Part shown: positions 1-13,050 of the stretch, in pieces
How positions within the stretch are numbered: position 1 is the stretch's first letter
Layout of the letters: each line of letters starts with the position of its first letter
Assembly (NCBI RefSeq): GCF_018977255.1
Contig: NW_024704742.1
Coordinates: 84,260,001 to 84,324,000, forward strand
Source: Callorhinchus milii
Taxonomy: Eukaryota
Reading direction: 5' to 3'
DNA: 64,000 nucleotides
Translations under genes and position numbers: made by a program
Notes under the pieces: generated by a model
Seen by the model: only the letters and a program-made list of their open reading frames with translations
Told to the model about the DNA's origin: nothing
The model's database searches: none

Positions 1-3000
1 ACTTCTCCTAAAGGATGAGATCAAATGTGTTGAAGGGTTCTGTCATTTGACCCTCTCCTTTAGTTTTGTGTGAGCCTGACCTGAAGATATTTTTTGTCAG
101 TTTTAGACTGACAATCTCTCCCCTACTGTCACAGACACCCTGCTACCAGAGGAAAATACTGATTTCCTTTAGATCATCATGGAGCTTAAACTGTTGATGT
201 TGTGTTTCAAGAAACTGACAACATCACATAGCAGTTGTGTCACGGTGGCAAGTTGCGAATGGAGAAGAGGAGGCAAGTGTAATTTAGCTAATCCTGGCTG
301 ACTCTAAAAGATATCTTTTAGATAAAATATTAGATAAAATGTAGTAAAATATTTTAATTGATTGACATCTGAGTCTTGGGAGTGAGTGACACACCCAGGT
401 ATCCATTTTGCTCAAGGTTTAACTGTTCTCCTCTTTTCTTTTCAGATCTGAGACATCAATTGAGGACACCCCTCTTTATCTGCCACTGTAAGTGATTTCT
501 ACAACAGTGATGCCACCAGCAGGAGCAGCCTGGTTGGACAAAACTCCAAAATAAGGATCAGCAAGCTGTATGTCTGAGAAGGATAAAATTAAACCGGCTT
601 TTAACTCCTTTTGAACCTTCAACTCAACATCACAGGGAGTCTGTTTTTTAACATTGCCTGCGTGCCCCTCATTTGTGTAACGTCATGTTCTGAGAAGTAA
701 GTACCTGCAATTTGTTGCTTGGTATAAACCAGAATTTTAGCAGCTCACAATTACTGGGTAGTTAAATATCTCTGTCCGCCCTACTCAATGCCAATAACAC
801 AACAAAATCAGCAGAAACATCTGAAAGTGATCCAAGCTAAGATTGTGGCAAATGGTGATTAGAGGGTCACACCCTTTTCAGGACTTTGTTTCAGATGACT
901 GTCTGTCTGTTCTGTGGGATACACACTGCATAAGGTAGAATTTATTTCTTGACTTTCTCCCATCCGCTTCTGAACTCGTTTGACTTTCTTTTCCTTCCAC
1001 AAAGGCTGTGAAAGAACTGCACTCTCAGATAATCTGATCACGAAGGTCAAGGGACCCTTTTTACGTACTTCAGCAATGGTTACACAAGCAATCTTTGTGT
1101 TAAATAATAATAAAAATCATTTTTTTTAGTATAGCCCTGTTCACCGTAGAGCGTAGTGACTGTTTATTTTGTAGATAAAACTCAAAGCCAATTTGTGCAC
1201 AGAAATTAAAGCCCCTTAAACAAACAGTACCATGGGCTTGGTAGTGTCCACGTGGACAGGCACAAATGGGACCTCAGTTTAATATCTCATCTGAATGTTT
1301 TAGTGCTTTTATATTTGTTTGATTCCCAGTGGTTGAGCAATGGTAAGTATGTGTCTGATTCTCTCAGACACATTGTCCATTAACAATTTGACAACTGTGT
1401 GTCCACATTTCAGTATGGGAAGTGTTGGTGGGTTAGTTAGCTATATGAGAAGTCTTGAAGACGTGAAAAGCGCTATGTCAAATCCAAGGATTATTATTAT
1501 TATATCCAGTTGTCTAGTTCTCAGCCTAGTTTTTTCAGAGTTCAATTTGGACCAGGCATATTTCAGGAGGATCCTGATCTAAATTACATTTCTATGGAAT
1601 ACCCATTCCCGATAAACAAGATCAGAAAGTGTTTGAAAGGGACAGAGTTGGTCTGGCATTAAAATGCTGCAAGAAATGCTGATAACAAATGAAGCGAGGA
1701 TACCTTTGATGTCCTGCAGAGTTTCACTTCCTTCTATCACCATGAAAAGACAAGAAGCATGTTACAGTGAGAAACCTTCCAGTGCAACAGTGAAACAGAG
1801 TTAACAGCCAACATCAGAAGCAAAGTTGCTAATCAAACCACAGGAGCAACGTGCAGGTTTGTCAGTGGAACATTAGCCAGTACACTGGTATCTTCTACTT
1901 TAATAACTAATCATCTTTAATAACACAACACCACAGCGCACCTCACTCACCACAGAAAAATGTAGAACTTGCTTTTATGAAAAATGAGATTAGGACTTTG
2001 TTCTGCCAATCTTTGATTGTGCCAGGGAATAAATTACCAATGATTTAAGGAAAGCACAGCTTGCAGAGCAACTGATGTTCTGACCTCATGATGTCAGGGG
2101 ACTGGCATGATTGCTGTACAGATGTCAAACCTCTTGTCTGGTCTGGCGTGCGTTTGAGATAATCTTTATGCATTGAGTTGAACCAGTGTGGATTCTCAAT
2201 CTGGCCCAGTGTATAAGGCTGCATTTGACAATTCAGTGTGTTGTTGTTCATGGGTAAGTGGTGACAGTGAAATCCCATGTTCTGTGTGTCAGGCACTCAG
2301 TAATGATACTTAAAGCAGATGTAGAGCAAGCTCTGCCAAGGCAGCGGATTATTCATGATTATTTTCACCAGGGAATATTAGTGACACTGGGTTAATAATG
2401 ATTCATTCCGCTCCTCAATTAAACTCCACCAGTGATGTAATGACTGGCTTCACTACAAAACACACGCAATTGAGTGTGTGTGGGAGGGGAGGGGGGTTGT
2501 AAGGCGAGGCCGAGGGATTAATATCAAAGAATCGGAGGCAAATTTTTCTGAAATATATCCAGCAAGCCCCGGGGATGAAAACTATTTATTTGTCAGACGA
2601 TAACAGGGTCTGAGGCAGGATTCCTCAATTGAGCCTTGGGTAGACTTTAACTGAGGTTTAATTGAAGCTGTCCGGGGGGTGGTGTTGGAAGAGACTAACA
2701 TTGAAGCGAAGCGGAAGTTAAAAAGTAATTCAGTCCTGAGCTTGTGGCGGGAAATGAGCTTTTTTGTTGGGGTTAGGGTCAGATTGGGGGCTGGTGGGCC
2801 TGCCATTGCTGGCATCATACTGAGCCCAGCTGCCTTCATTCCACAGCTCTTCAATCAGCCCTTCTTTAAACAACTCCAAAGAAATGTCTTCACTTTATAA
2901 ACAGTGAGTTATTGGATTACACTTCCGCTCGCCCTATCTAGAATATTTCAACTAGTTTCGATCGCCCCTTCCTTTTTCCCCTGCATCCAATTCATGTGAC

Positions 3001-4957
3001 AGAGCAGGTGAGCTACGGCTCTGACTATCTATGGGCAAAATCTGGTGGATTTACTGCGAATTTTACGTTGAACATAAAGGAAGACGCCATATCCTTTACG
3101 CTCTATTTTTGTTTTGCTTTTATAACACATTTTAAGTAGGACAGGACAAATACAGACAAGGCTGGCTTTGATGACTGCTGCAATTTGTGTCTATTTAAAG
3201 AGAAATAACATGAGGAGAGGGCAAGTGGGAGGGGTGGGGGTGGCTTCAGCAATGAATGTAAACTGGGTATTATTAATATGAATGAAGATTAAGCCATACA
3301 AGAAGGCACATCCACAACAACAAGCAAGCAGCTGTTTCAACACCTTGAGAGCAATGTAAGTTTTCCTCCGCTGGGGTCTATTATGCAAGTTGTGCTGTGT
3401 AAATGCATGTGTAAAGAGGGAACTCCAGATGCCCTTACTTGGGTGTTTCTCAGCCAATAAAAAGGAGTACAGGTAGTTTTGTGGACTTTTTCATTTAGCT
3501 GAAAAAGACCCAATTAAAAAGGTCTATAATTCCCTCTCTACATATGGTTTTATGCATCTCACCTAATACACACATGTTTGAATCGCTGGAGGCCGTTTGC
3601 TTTATTCTTTTGAAGACTGAGGTAAGAATTTCGACCTCAAAATCAATGTCTTAACAATAGCACCAGGATGTACTTTAGTCCATTGTGTGAGTTTATCCAT
3701 GTTCTGAATCTTTTTGAAATGCTATACTCTGTCCAGCGCCTTGGGACGTCCTCCCGACGTGAAAAGCGCTATACAAATGTAATCTTGTTGTTTCTTCGGA
3801 TTTACTTTTTGCTACTTGGAAGTAAACGTTTCCAGAAGGAGTTTTTTCCTGAAACTTATGATGTTCAGCATTTTGAAAAGTTCACAGGATATTCAATACT
3901 CAAAAGGGTTCAGCGAGTTTACAAGGCAACAAACAAGTTTTCAAAAATGCAAATACAAGTAAATTCCTGATAACAAGACCCTGGCTTAACTTGTCATTAC
4001 CACTTAAGTAGCCATGCTGTCAATATTGTAGCTGTTTTCCATGCAAAATGTTAATAAGGGACTCTGCTTTACTTCTCACTCTGTTTTACATTGTCCGCTC
4101 TCTCCACTCAATGGACTCTGGCCTGCTCCACGTCCCCCGCTATAGTCATCCCACCATCAGCGGTCGGGTCTTGAACCTCTCTGTCCCCCCCTTTTGGAAC
4201 TCCATCCCACATTCTCTTTGCCTTGCCCTCTCCCTTGCCTCCTTCAATGCCCATCTCAAGACCCTCCTCTGTGACCGAACCTTTCGTCACCCAGCTTCCA
4301 TGCCCTCCACCCCTCCTGATACCAACCCCCAGCTCGGATGCAATTCCTTGTCTGTCCAGCAGCTTGGGACATCCTCCTGACATTAAAGGCGCTATACAAA
4401 TGCAATTTGTTGTTGATGTTGCATTCTACAAACTCCTGTAAGTACCTACTTCGGATAACTCATCCTATAAGATCGTGTGTTGGATTGCAGAGGCTTCCTG
4501 CCCTATCCTGTGATTTCAGCGGGCAGAGGTTGGGCGTACATGCTCAAATGCATCCCAAAGGCCTCTGGTCTATTAGAGGGCAATGCCGTGGCATCCTGCC
4601 TCTACAGGATAAGGTGAGAGGGGGAGGCGGGGCACAGCATGGCCCTCTAATAGACTAGAGGCCTCTGCAATGCATTTGAGAATGTACGGCCAACCTCTGC
4701 CCATACCAGTCACAGTACCCAGCAGGACCTAAGCCTACATAACCACTCCAGTTAAGTCCTTTGTTGAGCCCTTTTCCCTTGGAATGACAAGCTATTTGGA
4801 GTTATTTGGCGTTTACTGTATTATATGCATTTTATGAGGAGTAACAAGTTTAATTTTTACTGATAGTGGAATCAGTCTTATTGCCAGCATTCCAGTGGCC
4901 CATTTCTCTTCTTGACAATAGTTTCTTCCCTAATTTTCTGCCCTCTACCTCTTCAGT

Positions 4958-5273
4958 GGAGTCCTGTAGCTCAGTGGTTAGAGCACTCGCTTTGCAAGCG
5001 AGAGACCTGAGTTCAATTCTAGGCAGGGCGAAACCTTGGGCAAGTTTCCTTACTCCACACGCCTAATAATAATCCCTCCAAAACCAAAAACAATAATAAA
5101 TTGGTCATTTTCAATCTACGACTGTTTGTGGGACATTGCTGTGCACAATTGGCTGCCGCGTTCGCCCACAAAAATACAGTCAATTCACTTTACAGTGTGT
5201 TCTGTGAAGCACTTTGGGACGTCCTCCCGACGTGAAAAGCGCTATATCAAATGCAAGGATTATTATTATTATT
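4958..5273 (+). mobile_element. Full-length young tRNA-Ala-derived Deu-type SINE
   Basis: Head GGAGTCCTGTAGCTCAGTGGTTAGAGC (A box), CTCGC-TTTGCAA-GCGAG anticodon arm (TGC), GTTCAATTC B box, core CTGTTTGTGGGACATTGCTGTGCACAATTGGCTGCCGCG, L2-like 3' hairpin, (TTA)n tail. Confidence 0.9.
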
Positions 5274-7814
5274 CATGTCAATAGATTCAATTAGTTTGGG
5301 TTTTAGTGGATATGACAGCTGAATCCGATCCTACATTCGTTCAACACCTGCATGTACCCATGGAATTGGGTCACGGGATTGTGAGCAGGAGTGGGAACAT
5401 TGGTTAATTTTCTTCCTCCTATCCCAGGAGCACTGAGACCACCTGCAGCACAGAACTGCCATCTGTCCAAATTGAGATGAGCTGAATCAGTATCAAATCT
5501 GTGACCATATCACTAATGTTGGAGGTGAGCAGTGCCTTTGTCCATTAGGCCATTGGGGAAGTTGATGGTAATGACATGCACTTTGACCTCGATGCCTCAG
5601 GGTCAGTGCAACACTTTAACATGTTACTTTTGAAACAGCCTCATTTTCCATTGCAGCCTTTTCCTATTCGAATTGAAGAAAATCTGATTGGCAATCACAA
5701 AGTACTATTCTTAAAGGCTGTAATGCCCACAACATGTCTCAGTCGATTGCTTATTGGGAATAGGCAAACATGGGTGATATTATCAACATGTCCATGATCC
5801 TGTCTGTGTTCCCTGTGCTCTGCTACTGAGTCCTTATACTTGGGCTGTTAAGCAGTTAGTGCAAAGCCATTGCAATGTCCACATTGCAATGGAGTCAATG
5901 AATGGTATTACACCTTCACAACAGCTATCTTTTTGCATGACTGAAATGCAGCAACATTCAGGGAAGAAAGGCCTAAATAGATTGACAGAATCCACAGTTG
6001 CCAACATAATTTGGTGCAGGGAGAAAAGTGAGCATGTTTAAAGTGTGCAGTAGACTGAGCACATCAAGAAAACTCTGGTTATGCACAAGCTATAGATCAT
6101 AACTTCATACAGCATTCTTTGGAAAAAACAAACAGGCTTTAGCAGTAACAGGTGGCAGACACATGCGCAGAAGTTCTATCTAGGTTTAGATTTACTCTCT
6201 TTCAGGTGCATTTTAGAGCATCCAGAATATGGCAAATTGTTGAATTCAGTCTTAACTTTAAATCAGTTTTCCATAGTTCTTAAAATACAAAACATAATAC
6301 AATTTATATTTATGTAGCCATTTCATGGGAGGTTATCTCAAAGTGCTTTACATGGCTGACTGGGCACCCTGGGGGTAGGAGAGAGGAGTTAAAAAGGTGT
6401 GGGGGTGGGAGGTTGGAAGATGACTGAAAGCATGTTTAAAGAGTCTTAAGGTGGGCTTTAAAATTGGGGAGGGGGCGAATCAGAATGGAACAGAATGGTT
6501 GAAAGCTCGCCCAGTAATGGTGGGATGGAGGGGACAAGAAGCAGGATGTTGAACGGAGGGAGTGGCAAATCAATAGGATTGCAGGAAGGTTGGACAGAAA
6601 ATTGGATATACTGCAGTCGGAGATGAAAGCAATTATGGAAAACCAGCTTCACAATTTAAGATTTTGCCAAATTCTGGCGCTTTGCAATTTCTACATAGAG
6701 TAAATCGAGACCCCAATGGAATTTCTCCCCTGCGATGCTTGTTCAAGCTGAGCTATCCTTTGCTTATTGCAGCATAGTAGAAACCTCTTTTTGGGAATAG
6801 TTCTGTGTTGAGCAAAACGCTCCCCATGTCCAGTTATTGTTGTTAAATTCATTACACAATGTTTAGAACATTGAACTTGGGTCTGGAATGAACAACACTG
6901 CTTCCTAAATGTTCCTATCAACAGAGTTCCCATTAAGTTGAATCTAATGTATTAGAAACAAGCAGGCATTCTTTTTTGGCCTTAGTTATTTGCAAAATAC
7001 CTCTTTCTGTTGCATTTGTCATATTAAAATCTGCACAACAAATGGAAAAAAGCAAATAAATATCGGAAAATGATTTGTCATGCAAATAGAATGATCACAT
7101 TAACACACAGTGCTGTGTTAAGCCTTATGCAGGCAATATCCTCACTGGCTATTGATTTTCAGATGGATTGTCGTGCAATGCGAAAGAACCACGTGTTCAT
7201 GAGAAACTTTGAGAAGTGTCATGTTTTAATTGCTAGCAATTTGACAGTCACAAGACCATAAGATCACAAGATCAGTTTGGATGAAGTAGAAAGCCGTTTG
7301 ACCCATCTGATCTCACCCTCCAGAATATCCATGCTACCATCCTGCCATCATAGTATCAAGCTGCTTTGTAAATGTCCTGGCCTCAACCACCCTTCCTGGC
7401 AACCTGATCTTGAGGGTTAGGTTTAAGAATGATTTCAGGAGACCTAAGGATTTTTTTCCACAACACCATCAATGAGTGTTCAAATTCCCTGGGAATGTGT
7501 TACTGATCTTGATCTGAAGAAAAACTTGCACTGTTAGAATTGTTGGGTGAGGTGTATGGATTGACGTGATCAGTTATCTGTCTCTTATTCACCCTCATTC
7601 ACTCAAATGCTCATAGGACATAGACGGATGAGTTACCCTTACAGGTTATTGAGAAGGAAAGTGAAATAGCATGTGCTAAAGGCTGAAAAAATATATTGTG
7701 CGATGTGATAATTGGTGCCAGTGATAATTATTGCACCACAAGCCACATTTTTCACTCCCGGTGTTTCTTGTTCTATAAAGCACAATCATTTTGAACAGTG
7801 CGTAGCAGACTTAC

Positions 7815-7956
7815 CCTGTACTTCCAATGTGACAGATCTGGAATACTCCAAGCCCAGGCTGTTTCTGGCCATACAGCGGTACTGTCCTGCATCTTCCATT
7901 TGGACACTGCGGATTCTTAAGTTTCCAGACTCCAATATGGAGGTTCGAAGATAGTC
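7815..7956 (-). CDS. MUSK: MuSK coding exon 5 (Ig2 C-terminal half); later exons lie beyond the window start
   Basis: Manual translation [47 protein letters not shown], matching human [28 protein letters not shown]. tagcag acceptor, G|gtaagt donor, 142 bp. Confidence 0.96.
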
Positions 7957-9476
7957 CTGCTACACATGGAGTTAATTTCATTATTCATCTGACTCTGATT
8001 CATAAACACAAAACTCTTAAGAAACTTTGAGGTAAAATTTGTGGGGATTCCTTAACACATTCCATATGTTGTTTATCACTATTAATAGTAATAATCCTTG
8101 GATTTGATATAACGCCTTTCTCATCAGGAGGACAACTTAAAGCACTTCACGTGATGTAAAGTGTAGTAACTGTGTATTTTGTAGACAAAGTAAGTTTGTT
8201 GGCCAGGACATTATTGTTCTGATGAACGGTAATACCAAAACCTTTAACCTATTTCTCTCTTTCAGATGCTGTTCAGCCTAGTGCAGATTTCCAATATTTC
8301 CTATTTTTATTATAGATATCCATCATTTCCTGATTCTATTTCACCTTTCCGGCATTCCCAGTCTATTTACTTCCTTATATATTAACATCCTGTTGGTGGA
8401 GATTAAATTTATGGCTAGATAGTGTTTTATTGTATCCTGGAGTTACTTTAAGTTTCTATCTCCTTGAAAGCATAACTCTCTTGGTATTAACAAGAATGTA
8501 AATTAATATTACCAGTGCCCTTACGCAGCCCTACTGCAAGCCGACAGTAACAGGAACACCCTTACTCATTTCATTTCCTTCCCATATTATTTATTTTAAA
8601 ATACATTTATAGTTACAGCCCCAGTTTGCCACAGTGATAGAAATCCAGGCAAGGATTGAAACTATTAATATATTCTCTGAGCATTACCTGAAGGCAGCTT
8701 TTGGAGCCAAAGGGAGAAGGAAATTAGTTCCAGCTGTTGACATTGATAAATCGTGCACCGACAGACTATTACAAGAGAAAAATGTATTCAGTGGTCTGTT
8801 TCTCCCACACAAGTGATACAAATTATTAATATACCTAGTCTTTACAATGATATAAATAGTTTTGGATGTTTGTGCAGTTAAATCAATCTTAGTAAACTGC
8901 TCAAAATTGACTGTGGTTCTTTGCAGTTCATGTAAAAGTAAAAACCTTGAACTGTTTTTGGAGTTGGGGAGGTGGGGGTAACACTGTTTCTGAGTTAAAT
9001 CCAGTCGAACTGGCCAGGTTTGCATTCTTTTTCTTGGCTACCCTTGTTGTGGAAGGGCTATTGTTCCACTGTGAAACAATAAATAATCAATTGCATCTCT
9101 TAGAATGTTTATAGCATTGAAGAAGGTCATTTGGTTCATTGTATCTTTGGTGCTGCGAAGTGTCCAACTGGAGCGATTGATCTACTCTATTCCCTTTGTC
9201 AGCCCTTAAATATTTGTATTATGTTTCCTCAAGTATGTATCCAATCTCCTGTCAAATTGCTGCCATGGGATCAGCTTCAAGGGCCATTTACAATAAAATA
9301 TTCCACAGTCTGTATAAAAATAATTGTATTAACTCCCTCCTTTTCCCTTTGCCTACATTGAGTGCATTATTCTAGCTTGAAACCAGACTCTGTGGTATCA
9401 GAGCACCAACACTATCACCACTACATCTGGGTGTCCGAGCATCCAATGTAACAATACTGGGAGGGGATGTCACGCA

Positions 9477-9810
9477 GGTTAAGATTTATTCTATTGATGT
9501 AACATTTTAGAGCATCCAGAATTTGGTAAATTGTTGAATTCAGTCTTAGCTTTGAAATCATTTTTCTGCAGTTCTTATGAGAAACTTAAAGAAAACTGTC
9601 TTCACAATTCAAACTACATTTAAAAAAAATGCTTAATTCTGGAAGCTCTAAAAATGCTACATAACTGGAGCAAATATAAGCCCAAGTACAATTTGTCAGG
9701 CTAGCTCACTTGGTAGCACTCTCACCTCTGACTCAGAAAGCTGTGTGATTAAACCACGAGTTGGGACTTTGAACTCTTAGCGCTACATCAATAGAGTAAA
9801 TCTTGACCCC
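9477..9810. mobile_element. Foldback MITE-like element with long terminal inverted repeats (second copy 6183-6714)
   Basis: Left end GGTTAAGATTTATTCTATTGATGTAAC is the near reverse complement of right end GCTACATCAATAGAGTAAATCTTGACC. Internal CATTTTAGAGCATCCAGAAT...TTGTTGAATTCAGTCTTA is shared with 6209-6290. Confidence 0.65.
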
Positions 9811-10386
9811 GATGAAATCCTTCCCCCATCCAGTTTCTTCCAATGTCCTGGCCAACAGTTCCCCAGATAAAATTTGGACTCATTTCATGACTGTCTGTAG
9901 GACATTGCTGTGCCATTCAATCCACATATTGGAAACTGCTCTCGCCTACAGATACACAGTCACTTCATCATAAGGTGAATGTTTGTGAAGCTCTTTGAGA
10001 TACTTCCAACAAGGAGATATATCAACTGCAAAGATCATATTATTATAATCTCTCCCCTTTGATGGGTATGTGACAGTACATTGTATTGATGCTCTGAGCT
10101 TCAGAGCTCCCTGATTTCCGCAGCCAGGATAACCTTAAATGTAGTTTGGCACAATGGAGATACATTGGTAGCCTCAGGAGACAAGGCTCAACACCAAAAG
10201 CAAGTGTAACAATGGGAATCAAAATGATTACAGAGTTTGGCCAATATAGAAGAGGATCCCCATGCAAAGGGTGGTCTGAAACAAAGACGATCCGAATTAA
10301 GCATGTCAATCAGATTATTTTTCACCTGCTCAACATCTGGGTCGAGTGTGTATTTTGAGATCTGTGGAAGTTGCTTATTTGCTTAC

Positions 10387-10514
10387 CTTCAGTGCAGCCT
10401 CATCCTTGATCCATGAAATCACTGGTTTTGGATTTCCCATCGTACCACACGGTAGCACAACCTTTGAACCCAGCAGCACTTTCACATCAGTAGGTGGTCG
10501 AGTGATTTTTGGTT
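10387..10514 (-). CDS. MUSK: MuSK coding exon 4 (Ig2 N-terminal half)
   Basis: Manual translation [43 protein letters not shown] (not in the ORF track). ttcttag acceptor, AAG|gtaagc donor, 128 bp. Confidence 0.96.
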
Positions 10515-10604
10515 CTAAGAACATGAGGTAAAAAAAGTGTCACTGGGCTGGGGCTATAGATTCCCCCTGTCACTGCAACTAATATTTCCTGTAATATTTC
10601 CAGT

Positions 10605-10921
10605 AGAGTTCTGTAGCTCAGTGGTTAGAGCACTCGCTTTGCAAACGAGAGACCTGAGTTCAATTCCAGGCAGCGCAAAACCTTGGGCAAGTTTCCTTAC
10701 TCCACACACCTAATAATAATCCCTCCAAAAAACCCAAAACAATAATAAATTGGTCATTTTCAATCTACGACTGTTTGTGGGACATTGCTGTGCGCAATTG
10801 GCTGCTGCGTTCGCCCACAAATATACAGTCAATTCACTTTACAGTGTGTTCTGTGAAGCGCTTTGGGACGTCCACCCGACGTGAAAAGCGCTATATCAAA
10901 TGCAAGGATTATTATTATTAT
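10605..10921 (+). mobile_element. Full-length young SINE (same family as 4958-5273)
   Basis: Near-identical to 4958-5273 over its length. Confidence 0.9.
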
Positions 10922-11048
10922 GCATTATAGTTAGGATACCAGGAAACATTTTAAACAAATAAACATGTTTAAGGGCTATTATAGTTATTTTTATCCACAA
11001 AATAAAAAATCAGTTTTTTCGGGGGGTTTTTAAAGAGTCTATTTTTTA

Positions 11049-11403
11049 TAATAATAATTATTGCATTTGATATAGCGCATTTCACATCTTCTAGATGTCT
11101 TAATGTGCTTCACAGAATATACTGTAAAATGAACTGACTGCATTTGTGGGTAAAACGCGGCAGCCAATTGTACACAGCAGTGTCCCACACACAGTCGTAG
11201 ATTGAAGTGACCAATTTTTTTTGAGATTATTATCCCCAGAAATGCGATCTGCCAATCAACTAACAACTGGGTTCCTACTCACTGCTAGGTAAACAGAGGA
11301 GTGTGGAGGAAGGAAACTTGCCCAACATTTCGACCTGCCGAGAATCGAACCCAGGTCGCTCGCTTGTGAGACAAGTGCTCTAACCACTGAGCTACAGGAC
11401 TCC
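11049..11403 (-). mobile_element. SINE, longer related subfamily
   Basis: Same tRNA head, core and tail, with an extra internal CCTCTGTTTACCTAGCAGT...GTAGGAACCCAG segment. Confidence 0.85.
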
Positions 11404-11799
11404 CAAACTTTGTTTTATGACAAAAAAGGGAGAAAATCGATGGGGGGGGGTCGGATTTCATACAGGAAACACTGGATAAAATTGGTGCAAATTTGGATTT
11501 ATTTTGGAACTTTGAAAACTCAAGTAAACGAGTAAGAGACTATCAAAAGTAGTTCATTTATTGATGAACATAATTGTTGACACAATTGAAAGCCAATTAT
11601 CCACACAAATGGAGACCACCAGCATTGCAAGAAATCAACCAGTGTGAATAATTGGACATCAAACAAAATACAAATTGACTGCAGCACTAACTAAACTTTT
11701 GTTCAATTAAAAGTTGTACTGTCACCATAATTCCATGCTGTGTCAGTCTTTCTTTCTCTCTCCCTGCCACTCTTTCTCTCCACCTGCCCATTTTCCATT

Positions 11800-12200
11800 C
11801 TAGCAGTCTTGCCTCTGAGTCCGAAGATTGTGGGCTCAAGCCACACATTGGGACTTTGAGCTCCCAGTCTAAGCTGACACTCCAATGCAGTGCATTGTCA
11901 GAGGCGTCATCTTTGGATGGGATGTTAAACCCAAGATTCTGTCTGTCTGTTTAGGCGGACATTAATAATCCTATGGTAGTGTTTCAAGAGAGAAGAGAGC
12001 TTCTCCCCCAGATAGAACTGATCATTCACTTCATGAAGTCTGTTTGTAGGACATTACTGTGGACAAATTGGCTGCTGGGTTTCACCACAAAATGCATTGT
12101 CACTATATTTAACAGTATAGTGAAATGCTCTGTGAAATGCTTTGTGACTCTTGATGGCATGATAAGGCGCTGTACCAAATGCAAGGATTATTATTATTAA
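11800..12200 (+). mobile_element. Older SacSINE1-like DeuSINE; other degraded copies at about 9700-10040, 19200-19540, 21965-22390, 38600-38970 and 58775-58870
   Basis: CCTCTGAGTCCGAAGATTGTGGGCTCAAG...GCTGACACTCCAATGCAGT...GTCATCTTTGGATGGGATGTTAAACC...Deu core...AAGGCGCTGTACCAAATGCAAGGATTATT. Family name is from recalled similarity. Confidence 0.65.
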
Positions 12201-12287
12201 GTACACAGGATGAAGCGTTGACTGTGTTGTGCAAACCTATTGTTGTTGGAATTGGTTGAAGTAAGTAAACAATGGTGTGAGACTTAC

Positions 12288-12439
12288 TCATTTTGACCTG
12301 TAAAGCCCCGCAGCTTTGCACAGGGCTCCCGATACCATTGTTGGCAGTACAACAGTACACACCATTGTCTGTGTCTTCAACACTGAGAATGGTTAAAATC
12401 TGCCCTTTCTCTGTTGTGCTGTAGCGTGTGTCAAACGGC
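12288..12439 (-). CDS. MUSK: MuSK coding exon 3 (Ig1 C-terminal half)
   Basis: Translates [50 protein letters not shown] with the MuSK-typical YCC...SCGAL. ttctttcgcag acceptor, A|gtaagt donor, 152 bp, phases compatible with exons 2 and 4. Confidence 0.97.
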
Positions 12440-13050
12440 CTGCGAAAGAAGGGGCAAACCAATGGATTTATTCATCAAACGATTTAACAATCACACAGAA
12501 AAGTGCGTGCAGTTTAGAATCAAGTGCAGAAAGTTGTAGATCTATGTTCAGTTTTTAAAAGTCTGGTTCCAGAGGCATCAGTCACCCGTCAATACCTCAC
12601 TCAGTATTTTAATGTGTGAGCCCAGACACGGAGTGTCAGCAACTTCATGCAATATTCCCACATGGACAATTTTCAGTAGAAGTCACTGGGTAGCAATGGT
12701 TTGTTTAATCCACTTCCAGGGTAGCATCACTGAGGTATGGTAGCACCCCTGCTGAACTCAACCAATTCAGCACCGACTGCGGATCAAAATGGGGTCCTTC
12801 CTCATCCGCGTCACTCACTTTTACACTGGGAGGTGAGGGATCAACGAACTTAAATGCTTATATCTTACCAAAAAAGCATATGCAACAAACAATTTCACTC
12901 TGAACAAGAATTTCAGGACATCCCCAATATTGAATGCCTCACTAGAGCATGGGTTCACTTTTGATTGGGTTACCTGTGGACCTACAGTTTCTACATACAA
13001 TACACTTCCGACACAAGAAAATTGCTGACTTCACTTCCTCATGCTCACTA

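Noticed and set aside
859..2296. Minus-strand ORFs 859-1050 and 2045-2296 as MUSK exon 6 candidates
   Set aside because: Neither resembles the expected Ig3 sequence (ARILRAPES...LHCTATG); exon 6 appears to lie outside the window.
2726..2895. Coding-looking minus-strand frame SEDISLELFKEGLIEELWNEGSWAQYDAS...
   Set aside because: No recognisable homology, a weak acceptor, and a phase incompatible with MUSK exon 5.
4958..5030. tRNA-Ala(TGC)-like cloverleaf (also at 10605, 43046, 48996, 52031 and 61786)
   Set aside because: The acceptor stem does not pair and each copy continues into a SINE body and tail, so these are SINE heads, not tRNA genes.
5036..5284. Recurrent 'MGKFPYST...KCKDYYYY' ORFs (also 42718, 51690 and 61864)
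   Set aside because: These are translations of the same SINE, not a gene family.
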